Positions 19,027 through 28,961 of a DNA stretch of 64,000 nt are shown in pieces. The position numbers were made by a program, and so were the translations under genes. This DNA is from Spirochaetaceae bacterium (GTDB lineage Bacteria > Spirochaetota > Spirochaetia > DSM-2461), in assembly GCA_051531975.1 (NCBI GenBank), contig JAOPTT010000007.1, forward strand, positions 120,985 to 184,984, written 5' to 3'. How positions within the stretch are numbered: position 1 is the first letter of the stretch; every line of letters begins with the position of its first letter. A model generated the notes under the pieces. It made no database searches, was not told where the DNA came from, and saw nothing but the letters and a program-made list of their open reading frames with translations.

Positions 19027-20550
19027 ATGAGTAATAAGAATACTAAAAATGAGAAGACATTCGAAACAGCTCTTGAAATGAAAAGTGTCAGCAAGAAGTA
19101 TCCTGGTACACTTGCTGTCGATAGAGTGGATTTTGATATTAGACCTGGAGAAGTTCATGCGCTCCTTGGTGAGAACGGAGCTGGAAAATCAACATTGATG
19201 AAAATGCTTGCTGGTTCATTTAATGATTATACAGGTGATATCTATATGGGTTCTAATAAAGTGGATCTGCATACACCTGCACTATCAAAGAAGAATGGGA
19301 TTGAGATGATCTATCAGGAATTAAGCTTGGCACTGCCACTAACGATTGCCGAGAACGTTCTGGTCGGGCGACTGCCTAAAAATGGATTGTTACTGGATAA
19401 GAAAAAAATTGCTGAAGAAACAACACGTTGCCTTGAAAGAGTTGGTCTTGAACATCTTGATCCAAATCTTCAGATTGAAGAAATCAGTCAACATGAGGGG
19501 CAGTTGGTTGAAATAGCCAAAGCTTTGGGAAATAATCCCTCTATTCTTGTAATGGATGAGCCTACATCAGCCCTTTCCCGTGAAGAAGTGGGAAGATTAT
19601 TTACAATAATTCACAATCTAAAAGAAAATGGATTAGCAATTGTATATATTTCTCATCATCTTCCAGAAATATTTGAAGTAGCAGACAGAGTGACTGTACT
19701 CAGAGATGGAAAGAAAATCGGAACAAATGATATTGCCGATGTTACAAGTGAATCACTTGTTCAGATGATGGTTGGAAAATCTGTTGCAGATTTTTATTCT
19801 TTTAAAGACCATACCCAAAAAATAGAAAGGCTTAAAGTTGAAGGTTTAACCCGTTATGGATTCTTTCACGATGTTTCATTTAATGCATATAAAGGGGAAG
19901 TCCTTGGGATATGCGGATTATCCGGAGCGGGAAGAAGTGAATTGGGTAGATCTCTTGTTGGTCTTGATGAAAGGCATACCGGTGAAGTTTATCTCGATGG
20001 TGTAGAGTTTAAACCTTCCCATATCTCTAAGTCTGTTGAGCAGGGTTTGGTTTATTTGACTGAAAACAGAAAAACAGAAGGTCTTGCTCTGCGATTGGAC
20101 ATAAAAGATAATACTCTGGTAAGTATTATTCCTAAGTTGGCTAAAAATGGAATATATAAATCAAACGATGGTGATAAAATATTAGATGATCTGATAAAAG
20201 AGCTCTCTATTTATCCCCCAGATCCTTCAAGGACTGTCGGTAATCTCTCTGGTGGAAATCAGCAGAAAGTTCTTCTGGCAAAGTGGATGGCTTGTAAAGC
20301 AAAAGTTTTAATTCTTGATGAACCAACACGAGGTGTAGACATTGGAGCAAAAATGACTATACATAAATCGATAGAAGTTTTGGCCAAAAATGGAAGCACA
20401 ATCATATTGATCTCATCTGACCTTCCAGAACTTGTCTCTCTTTCCAGCAGGGTATTGATTATGCGGAAAGGGCGAATAATTAAAGATATGGCAAAAATGG
20501 AATGCACTGAAGAAAGTGTTCTTCTAGCTGCTAATGGTGAGAATATTTAG
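19027..20550 (+). CDS. CUT2 sugar ABC transporter ATP-binding protein (RbsA/MglA-like)
   Basis: GENGAGKST, MDEPT, LSGGNQQKV, LDEPTRGVDIGAK. Confidence 0.95.
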   Translation: MSNKNTKNEKTFETALEMKSVSKKYPGTLAVDRVDFDIRPGEVHALLGENGAGKSTLMKMLAGSFNDYTGDIYMGSNKVDLHTPALSKKNGIEMIYQELSLALPLTIAENVLVGRLPKNGLLLDKKKIAEETTRCLERVGLEHLDPNLQIEEISQHEGQLVEIAKALGNNPSILVMDEPTSALSREEVGRLFTIIHNLKENGLAIVYISHHLPEIFEVADRVTVLRDGKKIGTNDIADVTSESLVQMMVGKSVADFYSFKDHTQKIERLKVEGLTRYGFFHDVSFNAYKGEVLGICGLSGAGRSELGRSLVGLDERHTGEVYLDGVEFKPSHISKSVEQGLVYLTENRKTEGLALRLDIKDNTLVSIIPKLAKNGIYKSNDGDKILDDLIKELSIYPPDPSRTVGNLSGGNQQKVLLAKWMACKAKVLILDEPTRGVDIGAKMTIHKSIEVLAKNGSTIILISSDLPELVSLSSRVLIMRKGRIIKDMAKMECTEESVLLAANGENI

Positions 20551-20552
20551 TT

Positions 20553-21611
20553 ATGGAGAGTACATTAGTGAGTGATGATTCAAACATTAAAAATAATATA
20601 AAAGATAAAAGGGCAACGAAATTAAATTTTTTAGGAAAAGTTTTAAATAGTTCAGGAATATATGCTATTGCAATACTTTTTCTCCTGTTGGGAATTTTAC
20701 TTCAAAGCCTGGGTATTATCAACAGTTTTTTAACAGCAACAAATTTTCTGAATATACTCGATGCAGTAACGCTACTTGGTATTGTTGCAGTAGGTATGGG
20801 GTTTGTCACCTTTTCAGGACATTATGCTGATATGTCAGTTCCTACGACAATGGCATTTACAGGGATTATCTGTGTACAGATGCTTCAATTCGGTTTTATA
20901 CCGGCTTTAATCATAACATTTTTGTTTGGAGCGGTTATTGGATTGATAAATGCAATTGCGATCGGGAAATATAAAGCTAACCCTATTATTTGGACGTTAT
21001 CAATAAATTTTGTAACTATGGGAATCATTCGTCTGGTCTGGGCAAATAAACAGATTTATCCGGATTTTGTAGCCAATACGCAAAGAACCAGTGATCTTTT
21101 CGATAATATTTACAGGTACAGGTTTTTTGGAAAAATTTCTCTGCCTCTTGTTCTGCTGATAATTCTAGTAATTCTGTTGAATTTTGTAATGAAAAAAACG
21201 AAATACGGTGCTCAGCTTAAGATGACCGGAGCAGCTAAAAAAGCTGCTGGTTTTTCAGGGATTAAAACAGAATTTATTATTGGAATGGCATTTATGATAT
21301 GTGCATTAACCGCTACGTTGGGAGGAATCGTTCTTACTTCACTTACTCGTGTAGGATACATAAACAATGGAGTCGGGTTTGATTTCCAAGCGGTAACAGC
21401 GATAGTTATCGGAGGTATGACTCTGGCCGGTGGACGGGGAACAGTTATAGGAGTAATCGGTGGTGTTCTTGTTATGGGTTTGATGAATAACATTTTGACA
21501 CTTCTTGGAGTCGGTACTTTTTCACAGGATATAATACGTGGAACGATATTTATTCTCGTAGTCGGCTTGAATGCCAAATCATTAAGAAGTATGGGGCGTG
21601 ATGATGCTTAA
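20553..21611 (+). CDS. Sugar ABC transporter permease (RbsC-like)
   Basis: Multiple TM segments; AVTAIVIGGMTLAGGRG. Confidence 0.92.
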   Translation: MESTLVSDDSNIKNNIKDKRATKLNFLGKVLNSSGIYAIAILFLLLGILLQSLGIINSFLTATNFLNILDAVTLLGIVAVGMGFVTFSGHYADMSVPTTMAFTGIICVQMLQFGFIPALIITFLFGAVIGLINAIAIGKYKANPIIWTLSINFVTMGIIRLVWANKQIYPDFVANTQRTSDLFDNIYRYRFFGKISLPLVLLIILVILLNFVMKKTKYGAQLKMTGAAKKAAGFSGIKTEFIIGMAFMICALTATLGGIVLTSLTRVGYINNGVGFDFQAVTAIVIGGMTLAGGRGTVIGVIGGVLVMGLMNNILTLLGVGTFSQDIIRGTIFILVVGLNAKSLRSMGRDDA

Positions 21612-22632
21612 AAAAAATAAAAATAATAGTAAAATGCTGAAATTTATAGATAAGAATAGAATATATTTTATTTTCTTATTCGTATTTCTTTTCATGTCTC
21701 TCTTTGCACCGCGGTTTTTGAATGTATTCAATCTGACAACTGTAACAAAAACAATGGCTATGAATGCTACAGTGGCGATCGGTTTTACATTAGTTTTCAT
21801 AATCGGGCAATTGGATCTTTCCATTGGAACCATTATGACTTTTTCTGCCGTAATTGGATTGAGTATGAAACAATATATAGGATTTGGTGGAAGTGTGCCT
21901 TTGGCTATTGTTGCAGGAGGTTTGATCGGGTTGATCAATGGACTACTTGTTGCTAAGGCGAAAATAAGTTCTTTTATTGTAACCCTGGGTATGATGACGA
22001 TTCTTACAGGGGTCATCTATACTATGACAGGTGGAAACTCTGTCAGTCTCTCATCGGACGATGCATTTGCGGTTTCTGATTTTCTGGGGGAAATGATTTT
22101 TCCTTTTGTTACTCCAAGAGTTTTAATCGCCATTATTCTGGTTATAGTCGTTTCGATTTTTCTTAATAGAACCAGAACTGGACGTAACTTTTATATGGTC
22201 GGTGGTAACAAACAGACTGCCTGGCTGGCGGGTATCAACACAGATAAATACATCATAGCAACATTTATTATATCGGGAGTATTTGCTGGTATTGGTGGGG
22301 TGCTATTTGCAATGGAAAGTGCCGCAGCACCATTGAATCTCGGAACATCATCTTTAATGTACATAATATCTGCAACCATAATAGGTGGGACAGCAATGTC
22401 CGGAGGTAAAGGTGGAGTTTTTAAAACTTTCGTAGCCATACTAATGCTAGAAGTTCTTTATAATGGAATTATCCTTTTTGGTCTCGGAAATGAAATTAAA
22501 ATTTTTATAGCAGGTTTTATTCTGGCTGCAGTTGTTATGAATGAAGCAATAGTTATGTATAAACATGAAAAAATTCTTGGCCGGAGGCCGGAATTGATGA
22601 AAGAATTAGAAAAGGTCCAAAATAAGGGTTAA
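21598..22632 (+). CDS. Sugar ABC transporter permease (RbsC-like)
   Basis: GQLDLSIG, SFIVTLG, IIGGTAMSGGKG. Confidence 0.92.
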   Translation: MMMLKKNKNNSKMLKFIDKNRIYFIFLFVFLFMSLFAPRFLNVFNLTTVTKTMAMNATVAIGFTLVFIIGQLDLSIGTIMTFSAVIGLSMKQYIGFGGSVPLAIVAGGLIGLINGLLVAKAKISSFIVTLGMMTILTGVIYTMTGGNSVSLSSDDAFAVSDFLGEMIFPFVTPRVLIAIILVIVVSIFLNRTRTGRNFYMVGGNKQTAWLAGINTDKYIIATFIISGVFAGIGGVLFAMESAAAPLNLGTSSLMYIISATIIGGTAMSGGKGGVFKTFVAILMLEVLYNGIILFGLGNEIKIFIAGFILAAVVMNEAIVMYKHEKILGRRPELMKELEKVQNKG

Positions 22633-22673
22633 TACCCTTTGGAAATATAAGCATATAAAAAAACGGAGGAAGA

Positions 22674-23870
22674 ATGAAAAAGTTTACGACAATTTTGTTA
22701 AGCATGATTTTGATGCTAGCAGTTACTGGAAGTGTCTTTGCAAACGGACAAAAAGAAGAAAGTGTAACAGCTGTGGATGGACGTGATAATCTTGCAGCAT
22801 CTTTAGCAGTTGATGCATCAGCACTGTTAGCAGCTGATAACCAACAGTTAATTAAACTAGGAGGTGCTGGACGTGTAGTACCTGCAAGACCAGCAGACCC
22901 TTCAGCATTACCAGAAACTGATCCACTACATTGGTGGGACATGGAATTTGCCGGAGAAATTAGCAATAAGACTAATATTCCAGAATCTCCAGCTGACGGA
23001 GCTATTGGAAAGAAAATTACAATGATTGTTCATGGAGACCATCCCTGGACTACTGCTTGTACTAATGGTGCTCAGAAAGTTGCTGATGCCTATAGTATGA
23101 ATCTTAAGATCCAGTCTCCGAACTGGGATCTTGCGGTTCAAAATCAGATGATTGACCAGGCGATTAACGAAAGACCGGATATGATTTTATTGATTCCTCT
23201 AGATGCTAAAACAGCTCTTCAGCAGGCAAGAAAAATAAACAAGGCTGGAATTCCTCTAATCTTGTTCAATACACTTCCTGAAGCAAAAGCAATGGATTAT
23301 GCAATTAGTTGGACTGGTCCGGATGATTTTGGACAATCAAGAAAAATTGCAAAATTTTGGGCAGATGCACTTGGAAAGAAGGGTGGAGTTGCTTTTGTTC
23401 AGCATAATCCTGGATCTTCTCCATATTTTGCAAGATGTTTTGGACCTGTCTCTACATTAGCTGAGTATGCACCGGATATCGAAGTTCTGGATATGCAGTC
23501 ACCTGGATTTGATGCTCAAAAAACTTTGCAACTTGTTTCTGACTGGATTACTAGATTTGGTGATGAGCTAACAGGAATTTACGTAGCAGATGATTCATCC
23601 CATGCATTAGGTGTTGCCGAAGCTCTTAAAAAAGCTGGGAGAGAAGACATTATTGTAGTTGGGGCTGGAAATAGTAAAGTAGGTATGGACCTTGTAAAAG
23701 ATGGTGGTATAGCCGGTATTACTTATCAGACAGCAGAAGGTGATGGTGCTTTATCAGTATTGACTGCAGCTGATTGGTTTAATGGTAAGGATGTTCCTGC
23801 TATTAGAAATATTCCTCAGCAAATAATTACAGTTGATAATGTTGATACTTTTTACCCTCCCCAATGGTAG
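22674..23870 (+). CDS. Sugar ABC transporter substrate-binding protein with unusual N-terminal extension
   Basis: Signal peptide ending VFANGQKEE; RbsB-like fold; GGAG RBS. Confidence 0.92.
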   Translation: MKKFTTILLSMILMLAVTGSVFANGQKEESVTAVDGRDNLAASLAVDASALLAADNQQLIKLGGAGRVVPARPADPSALPETDPLHWWDMEFAGEISNKTNIPESPADGAIGKKITMIVHGDHPWTTACTNGAQKVADAYSMNLKIQSPNWDLAVQNQMIDQAINERPDMILLIPLDAKTALQQARKINKAGIPLILFNTLPEAKAMDYAISWTGPDDFGQSRKIAKFWADALGKKGGVAFVQHNPGSSPYFARCFGPVSTLAEYAPDIEVLDMQSPGFDAQKTLQLVSDWITRFGDELTGIYVADDSSHALGVAEALKKAGREDIIVVGAGNSKVGMDLVKDGGIAGITYQTAEGDGALSVLTAADWFNGKDVPAIRNIPQQIITVDNVDTFYPPQW

Positions 23871-23900
23871 GTAGATCAGAAGTTTAGTTGATTTTATATA

Positions 23901-23927
23901 GGCCATGAGGAAACTCATGGCTTTTTT
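23901..23927 (+). terminator. Rho-independent terminator
   Basis: gccatgag-gaaa-ctcatggc-tttttt. Confidence 0.9.
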
Positions 23928-24102
23928 ATCTTTTGTAAAAATAACAGTAATTTTTAGTTCTGAAATTAGTGTAGGTTTTATTGTAAATAATTGAGTTGTT
24001 GACAGATCCCTTTAAGAGAATATATCAGTATTAGGGTGGCTGGAAATATATAGTGAGTAATACTTCAGTATTTCCGGAAGTGTTTATCAATTAGGAGGAA
24101 CA

Positions 24103-25911
24103 GTGTTTAAAAATCTATCTATTAAAAATAAATTACTTTTCGGATTTATTACTATTCTATTTTCCAATCTTATTCTTGTTGGGATTTTATTTTTTGTAAT
24201 GAATGAAGCCAAAGGTGGTTTAGATGAATATCAACGATTTTCAGCGCTTAAAAGAGAATTGAATCTCATTGAAAATAATATTCACAACTTAAATTTATCT
24301 GTTAAAGATTTACTGCTTTTAAATCGAGATGTAAATAAAAGAGCTGTTGATAGATACCTTAGTGAAACTGAAGGACTTTTTATAGAGATTCGTAAATTTG
24401 AGAATGATTATGTAAATGAAAGCATATTATTCGCAGAAGAGATGTATCTGGATTATGTAAAAAATATTAAAAAAATCAGAGACTCACATTCAAATAAATC
24501 ATTTCATGAAAATGATCTTTTTAATTTAAATTCAGTGCGGAATTCTATACTGACAGCTGTTCGTGATATATATCAGTTCATAAATGATTATGAAAATGAG
24601 ATTGATGCAACAATTGACCAGAATTTTAAGAGGCTATTTACTATAACACTTTTTATAGCTTTATTTTTTATAGTTATTTCAATAGTATTTATTTTGCTTC
24701 TGGCGGGATGGATTTCAACACCTCTTCTCAGGATTTCCAATAACCTCTCTGAAATATCTCAAGGAGAAGGAGACTTGATCAGTAAATTACCTGTTAATAG
24801 TAGTGATGAAATAGGTACTTTGTCATTGTATTTTAACCGGTTTACGGGGAAGCTTCATCAAACAATTTCTAAATTAAAAGAAGCAGTTGTCGGTAGCAAA
24901 GTTCAAAGTAGTGATTTAGCTGCAAGAAGTGGGGAGATCTCTGCAGCACTAGAGCAAATTAGAGCTAATATTCATTCGATTTCGAATCACAGCCATTTAT
25001 TGTATAAAGATACAGAAGTGGTAGATAATTTGATTTCTGCTATTATCGTGGAAGTTACAACTATCAAATCTCAAATAGATCTACAGTCTTCAAGTGCTAT
25101 ACGATCATCAGCTTCGATTGAAGAACTCGTCGCTTCGATTAAAAATTTAAGTCAGGTTTCAGAAGAGAAAAGTATTCTGGCTTCTTCTATTTCCAATTCT
25201 TCAAAAAGCAATATGGAGATGATGAAAAAAGCCTTTGATTCTGTTCGTGGAATAGCAGTATCTGTTGATTTGATTCAGGATTTTATAAAAATAATTAATC
25301 AGGTTGCATCCCAAACAAGTTTACTGGCTATGAACGCGGCCATAGAGGCGGCACATGCAGGAGATGCGGGAAGTGGGTTTTCAGTTGTAGCCGATGAAAT
25401 TAGAAAACTTTCTGAAGCGACAACAGTAAATGCCAAAAATATATCCACAAACTTAAAATCTGTTATAACACAAATCGATGATTCTACTAAACTAAATAGC
25501 CAACTTGAAGAATCAATGGGTGAGGTTTCCACAGGAATCCAGTCAGTATCAAATAGTTTTAATGAGATGAACGCGAGCTTATTGGAAATGAGTGCTGGAA
25601 CTCAGGAAGTCTCTACTGCAACTATGGGTCTTGTCAACTCGGCAGATCAGGTAAGCAGTTCTATTCTTAAAATTGATGATAATATTGCTGATGTATCAAA
25701 GAACTTCAATCATGTTAAAGGTCTGACCCATGATAATTCCCAGTCGATTGATGAATTATCAACAGGGATTAAGGACATAGCCTCGACAATGGTAATTATT
25801 GCCGAACTAGGGGATGAAAATAGTAGAAACATTGAATTTATGTATGATGAATTGTCCCGTTTCAAAACTCTCGATAGTAAAGAAAATCCGGTAACAGATG
25901 GTAAATCATGA
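24103..25911 (+). CDS. Methyl-accepting chemotaxis protein
   Basis: Two TM segments, HAMP (DEIGTL), [42 protein letters not shown] with GTG start. Confidence 0.95.
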   Translation: MFKNLSIKNKLLFGFITILFSNLILVGILFFVMNEAKGGLDEYQRFSALKRELNLIENNIHNLNLSVKDLLLLNRDVNKRAVDRYLSETEGLFIEIRKFENDYVNESILFAEEMYLDYVKNIKKIRDSHSNKSFHENDLFNLNSVRNSILTAVRDIYQFINDYENEIDATIDQNFKRLFTITLFIALFFIVISIVFILLLAGWISTPLLRISNNLSEISQGEGDLISKLPVNSSDEIGTLSLYFNRFTGKLHQTISKLKEAVVGSKVQSSDLAARSGEISAALEQIRANIHSISNHSHLLYKDTEVVDNLISAIIVEVTTIKSQIDLQSSSAIRSSASIEELVASIKNLSQVSEEKSILASSISNSSKSNMEMMKKAFDSVRGIAVSVDLIQDFIKIINQVASQTSLLAMNAAIEAAHAGDAGSGFSVVADEIRKLSEATTVNAKNISTNLKSVITQIDDSTKLNSQLEESMGEVSTGIQSVSNSFNEMNASLLEMSAGTQEVSTATMGLVNSADQVSSSILKIDDNIADVSKNFNHVKGLTHDNSQSIDELSTGIKDIASTMVIIAELGDENSRNIEFMYDELSRFKTLDSKENPVTDGKS

Positions 25912-26068
25912 AACCTATACAAGCTCAATTAGATTATCGAAATATGTAGAATGTTGGGCTGATATGACCTAGGTATTAGTATGTACGCGGTAGGAAATAA
26001 TACTGGCGGAGAAACTGGGTAAGTTTATTAAAAGAATTGGTGAGTATGTAATTGAAATGACAAAAGCT
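25904..26068 (+). pseudogene. Collapsed relic of a second rhaM-uroD gene pair (three colinear fragments)
   Basis: 25904-25977 matches 26347-26421; 25971-26013 matches 26502-26544; 26009-26068 matches 27124-27183. Confidence 0.85.
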
Positions 26069-26110
26069 AACCATTAAGTAGTTAAGCAATTAAATAATAA
26101 AGGAATTAAA

Positions 26111-26434
26111 ATGAAAAGATATGGACAACTAATTGGATTAAAAAGTGAGTTCTATGATTTGTATTGTGAATATCATAGTAATATTTGGCCGGAGGTTGAA
26201 AAAAAAATTAGCGAGTGTAATATCACAAACTACTCTATTTTCCACATCAATGGACTACTGTTTTCGTATTATGAATATACGGGTATAAATTTTGATTCTG
26301 ATATGAAAAAAATGGCTGATGATACAAAGACCCAGGAGTGGTGGGCAATCATGAAACCTATACAAGCTCCATTAGATTATCGAAAAGATGGAGAATGGTG
26401 GGCTGATATGAACGAAGTATTCCATCAGGATTAG
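26111..26434 (+). CDS. rhaM: L-rhamnose mutarotase family protein
   Basis: Y..YH..IWPEV, NYSIF, LFSYYEY, TQEWW, EVFH. Confidence 0.85.
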   Translation: MKRYGQLIGLKSEFYDLYCEYHSNIWPEVEKKISECNITNYSIFHINGLLFSYYEYTGINFDSDMKKMADDTKTQEWWAIMKPIQAPLDYRKDGEWWADMNEVFHQD

Positions 26435-26472
26435 ATATATTTAAAAGTGCTTAAATTTAAGGGAGGTAGAAA

Positions 26473-27714
26473 ATGAAAGATAGAGAAATATTAGTTGGCG
26501 AAGGTATTAGTATGTTCGCAGCAGGAAACAGTGCTGGTGGAGAATTGAAAAGAACGCCTAACTGTGAGAAAAAACTCGATAGGATGAATAAAACACTGAG
26601 ACACGAAGAGGCCGATCAAATTCCTGTTAGTGACTTCTTTTGGGGACAGTTTATAGAGCGATGGAAAAAGGATCTTAATCTTACACAGGACGCTGATATT
26701 TACAAATATTATGATCTTGACTGGATTACTACCGTCCCTAATATGGATCCTCATATTAAGAACTTTGAATTTATTAAAAACACACCTGAAGAAGTAATTG
26801 TTAGAACAGGTTACGAAGCAGAAATCACAAAAAATATGTCAATAACCATGCCAGCTTTTACAAAGTTTCATACCGATACTATAGAAAAAATGGAAGCCTT
26901 TGAATTTGACGATCCCTGGGATAAAAGACGATATTTTAGTGCAGGTGATAATCAAATAGCTGGTGTCGGAGATGGTTTTGCTCTAAATTCTCCTGCTTGG
27001 GTCGATACTGTGAAATCTCTTTACAATGACTATCCAGTATATGGTAGTATTTGCGAAGCTCATGAACAGGGCTGGCGAATAATCGGCTCTGAAAATATGA
27101 TGTTATGGATGGGGTTATACCCTGAGAAATTAGGTAAATTTATTAAAAGAGTTGGTGAGTATTTAATTGAAATGGCAAAAGCTCAGATTGCAGCTGCTGA
27201 CGGTCTTTTGTCAGGGATGGTTATCTGGGGGGATGTCGCTTATGTTAACGGGATGTTATTTTCTCCTGATTATTGGAGAGAGCATTTTAAACCTATAGTT
27301 GCTGAAATAATTAATGTCTGTCATAAAAGTAATATACCAGTTATATATCATGGATGTGGGGATGCAAGGGCTATTTATCAGGATTATATTGATATTGGAC
27401 TTGATTCTTATAATCCACTTGAAGCAAAAGCGGGACTGGATGTTGTAGATATACGTAGAGATTATGGGCACAAAATGGGATTCTGTGGAAATATGGATGT
27501 AATGGAATGGGCTGATCTACCTATGGATGAATTAAAAGCATATGTACTTAGAAAATTAAACGTCGGAAAAGGTGGAGGATTTATATTTCAATCAGATCAC
27601 TCTGTTCCCCATTCAGTTTCTGGTGAAAGATATGATTATGTTGTGAAACTTGTTCGAGAATATGGTAAATATCCTCTGAAACTTGGTGAGTTTGATATTC
27701 CTGATCTTTCTTAA
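26473..27714 (+). CDS. UroD/MtaA (uroporphyrinogen decarboxylase/methyltransferase-2) fold protein, function unknown
   Basis: IWGDVAY, FSPDYWREHFKP, IYHGCGD, FCGNMDV, GGGFIFQSDHSVP. Confidence 0.82.
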   Translation: MKDREILVGEGISMFAAGNSAGGELKRTPNCEKKLDRMNKTLRHEEADQIPVSDFFWGQFIERWKKDLNLTQDADIYKYYDLDWITTVPNMDPHIKNFEFIKNTPEEVIVRTGYEAEITKNMSITMPAFTKFHTDTIEKMEAFEFDDPWDKRRYFSAGDNQIAGVGDGFALNSPAWVDTVKSLYNDYPVYGSICEAHEQGWRIIGSENMMLWMGLYPEKLGKFIKRVGEYLIEMAKAQIAAADGLLSGMVIWGDVAYVNGMLFSPDYWREHFKPIVAEIINVCHKSNIPVIYHGCGDARAIYQDYIDIGLDSYNPLEAKAGLDVVDIRRDYGHKMGFCGNMDVMEWADLPMDELKAYVLRKLNVGKGGGFIFQSDHSVPHSVSGERYDYVVKLVREYGKYPLKLGEFDIPDLS

Positions 27715-27733
27715 GAATATCAGTTTAAAATTA

Positions 27734-27764
27734 AAGTACTATGGTGTTTGATACCATAGTACTT
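27734..27764. terminator. Hairpin between convergent uroD-like genes
   Basis: aagtactatggt-N7-accatagtactt 12-bp perfect stem. Confidence 0.8.
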
Positions 27765-27809
27765 CCTAGTTCATTTCAGATGTACTACCAGTCCACAACA
27801 TGAATGTGT

Positions 27810-28868
27810 CTAATACACTCCTATTTCCTTTGCTGTATCAAACATAGCTAAGATATTTTCTACAGGAGTCTCTTCTAAGAGATAGTCATGGCTGGCAGAA
27901 AGTATATAGTTGCCCTTTGGTTTTAAAATGGCCATTGCTTTCTTAGTTGCTTGGATAGTCAATTCTGGAGTACCGTCGATTAATATATTGTGGGAATCAA
28001 TTCCACCATTTAATATAACCTTATCTCCATATGTTTTTTTTAGATCTTGTGGATCCATCCCTAATGCATCTGGCTGAAGTGATTGAAGAGCGTCGATTCC
28101 ACTTTCTATTATTGAAGACATCAGAGGTTCATATCCCCCGCAGCAATGCATCATCACTTTCAATCTGTAGCTATGGGCCAATGCCGAAAGTTTTTTTAAT
28201 CCAGGGGTGACATATTTATCAAAAAGTTCTAATCCAACTAATGGTCCATTTTGACCCCCAAAATCATTTCCGAGAAAAAATATATCTATGGAATTCCCCG
28301 CATCTTCAAAAACGATCTTATTTACTTGAAAATAATATTCAACTATATGGTCAAATACTGCAGTTACAATTTCTGGTTCTGTATACATTTTAATAAATAG
28401 TTCTTCCATTCCAAATAGATCCATAGCATCGTGCCAGAAAGGGCTCCAGTCTCCACCGAGAATAGCATATTCCCCATTCCATTTTTTGACCTCTGTTTGT
28501 ATGTCTTTGCCTGTGTACCATTCAGCTTTAGGCCATGGATAATTTTCAATATCTTCCAAAGTTGCATTTTTTAAAGGATGACTTAAAGGCTGGCCATAAC
28601 CAATACCATTACGCTCTATGTTAAAAGGTGTTCTCATTGTTGCACCTTCACTTAACTCCTCGGTCCAGGACCTTTCTGGAGGACCTATATATTTTGGTAA
28701 TACTCGTCTAAAATCATCTCCAAATCTTCTATAAACAGCCTCTACATCTTCAACTTTAAGGTATTTCCTAGCTTTTTCAATCAACTCTGGTGACGCTCCA
28801 CACCACATAGGAACTCTATCGGGGATCTCGTGGTTTAATACCGCTACTACTCTCTCTCTTGAATTCAT
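27810..28868 (-). CDS. UroD/MtaA-fold protein, function unknown
   Basis: MNSRERV..PDRVP start, GNDFGGQNGP, MMHCCGG, GGIDS, YILSASH. Confidence 0.85.
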   Translation of the reverse strand: MNSRERVVAVLNHEIPDRVPMWCGASPELIEKARKYLKVEDVEAVYRRFGDDFRRVLPKYIGPPERSWTEELSEGATMRTPFNIERNGIGYGQPLSHPLKNATLEDIENYPWPKAEWYTGKDIQTEVKKWNGEYAILGGDWSPFWHDAMDLFGMEELFIKMYTEPEIVTAVFDHIVEYYFQVNKIVFEDAGNSIDIFFLGNDFGGQNGPLVGLELFDKYVTPGLKKLSALAHSYRLKVMMHCCGGYEPLMSSIIESGIDALQSLQPDALGMDPQDLKKTYGDKVILNGGIDSHNILIDGTPELTIQATKKAMAILKPKGNYILSASHDYLLEETPVENILAMFDTAKEIGVY

Positions 28869-28961
28869 TTCCTCATCTCCTTTTGTATTCTCTGATATAA
28901 TAATAGCAGGGGTTATAGGTTAATACTTTGCATATAGTGAATAGATATTGTAATATAATGA

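Noticed and set aside
25904..26068. Diversity-generating retroelement template repeat
   Set aside because: The differences are not adenine-specific, many are synonymous, and no reverse transcriptase is in the window.
26473..28868. hemE annotation
   Set aside because: There is no QAGRYLPEY-type HemE signature and no tetrapyrrole gene context.
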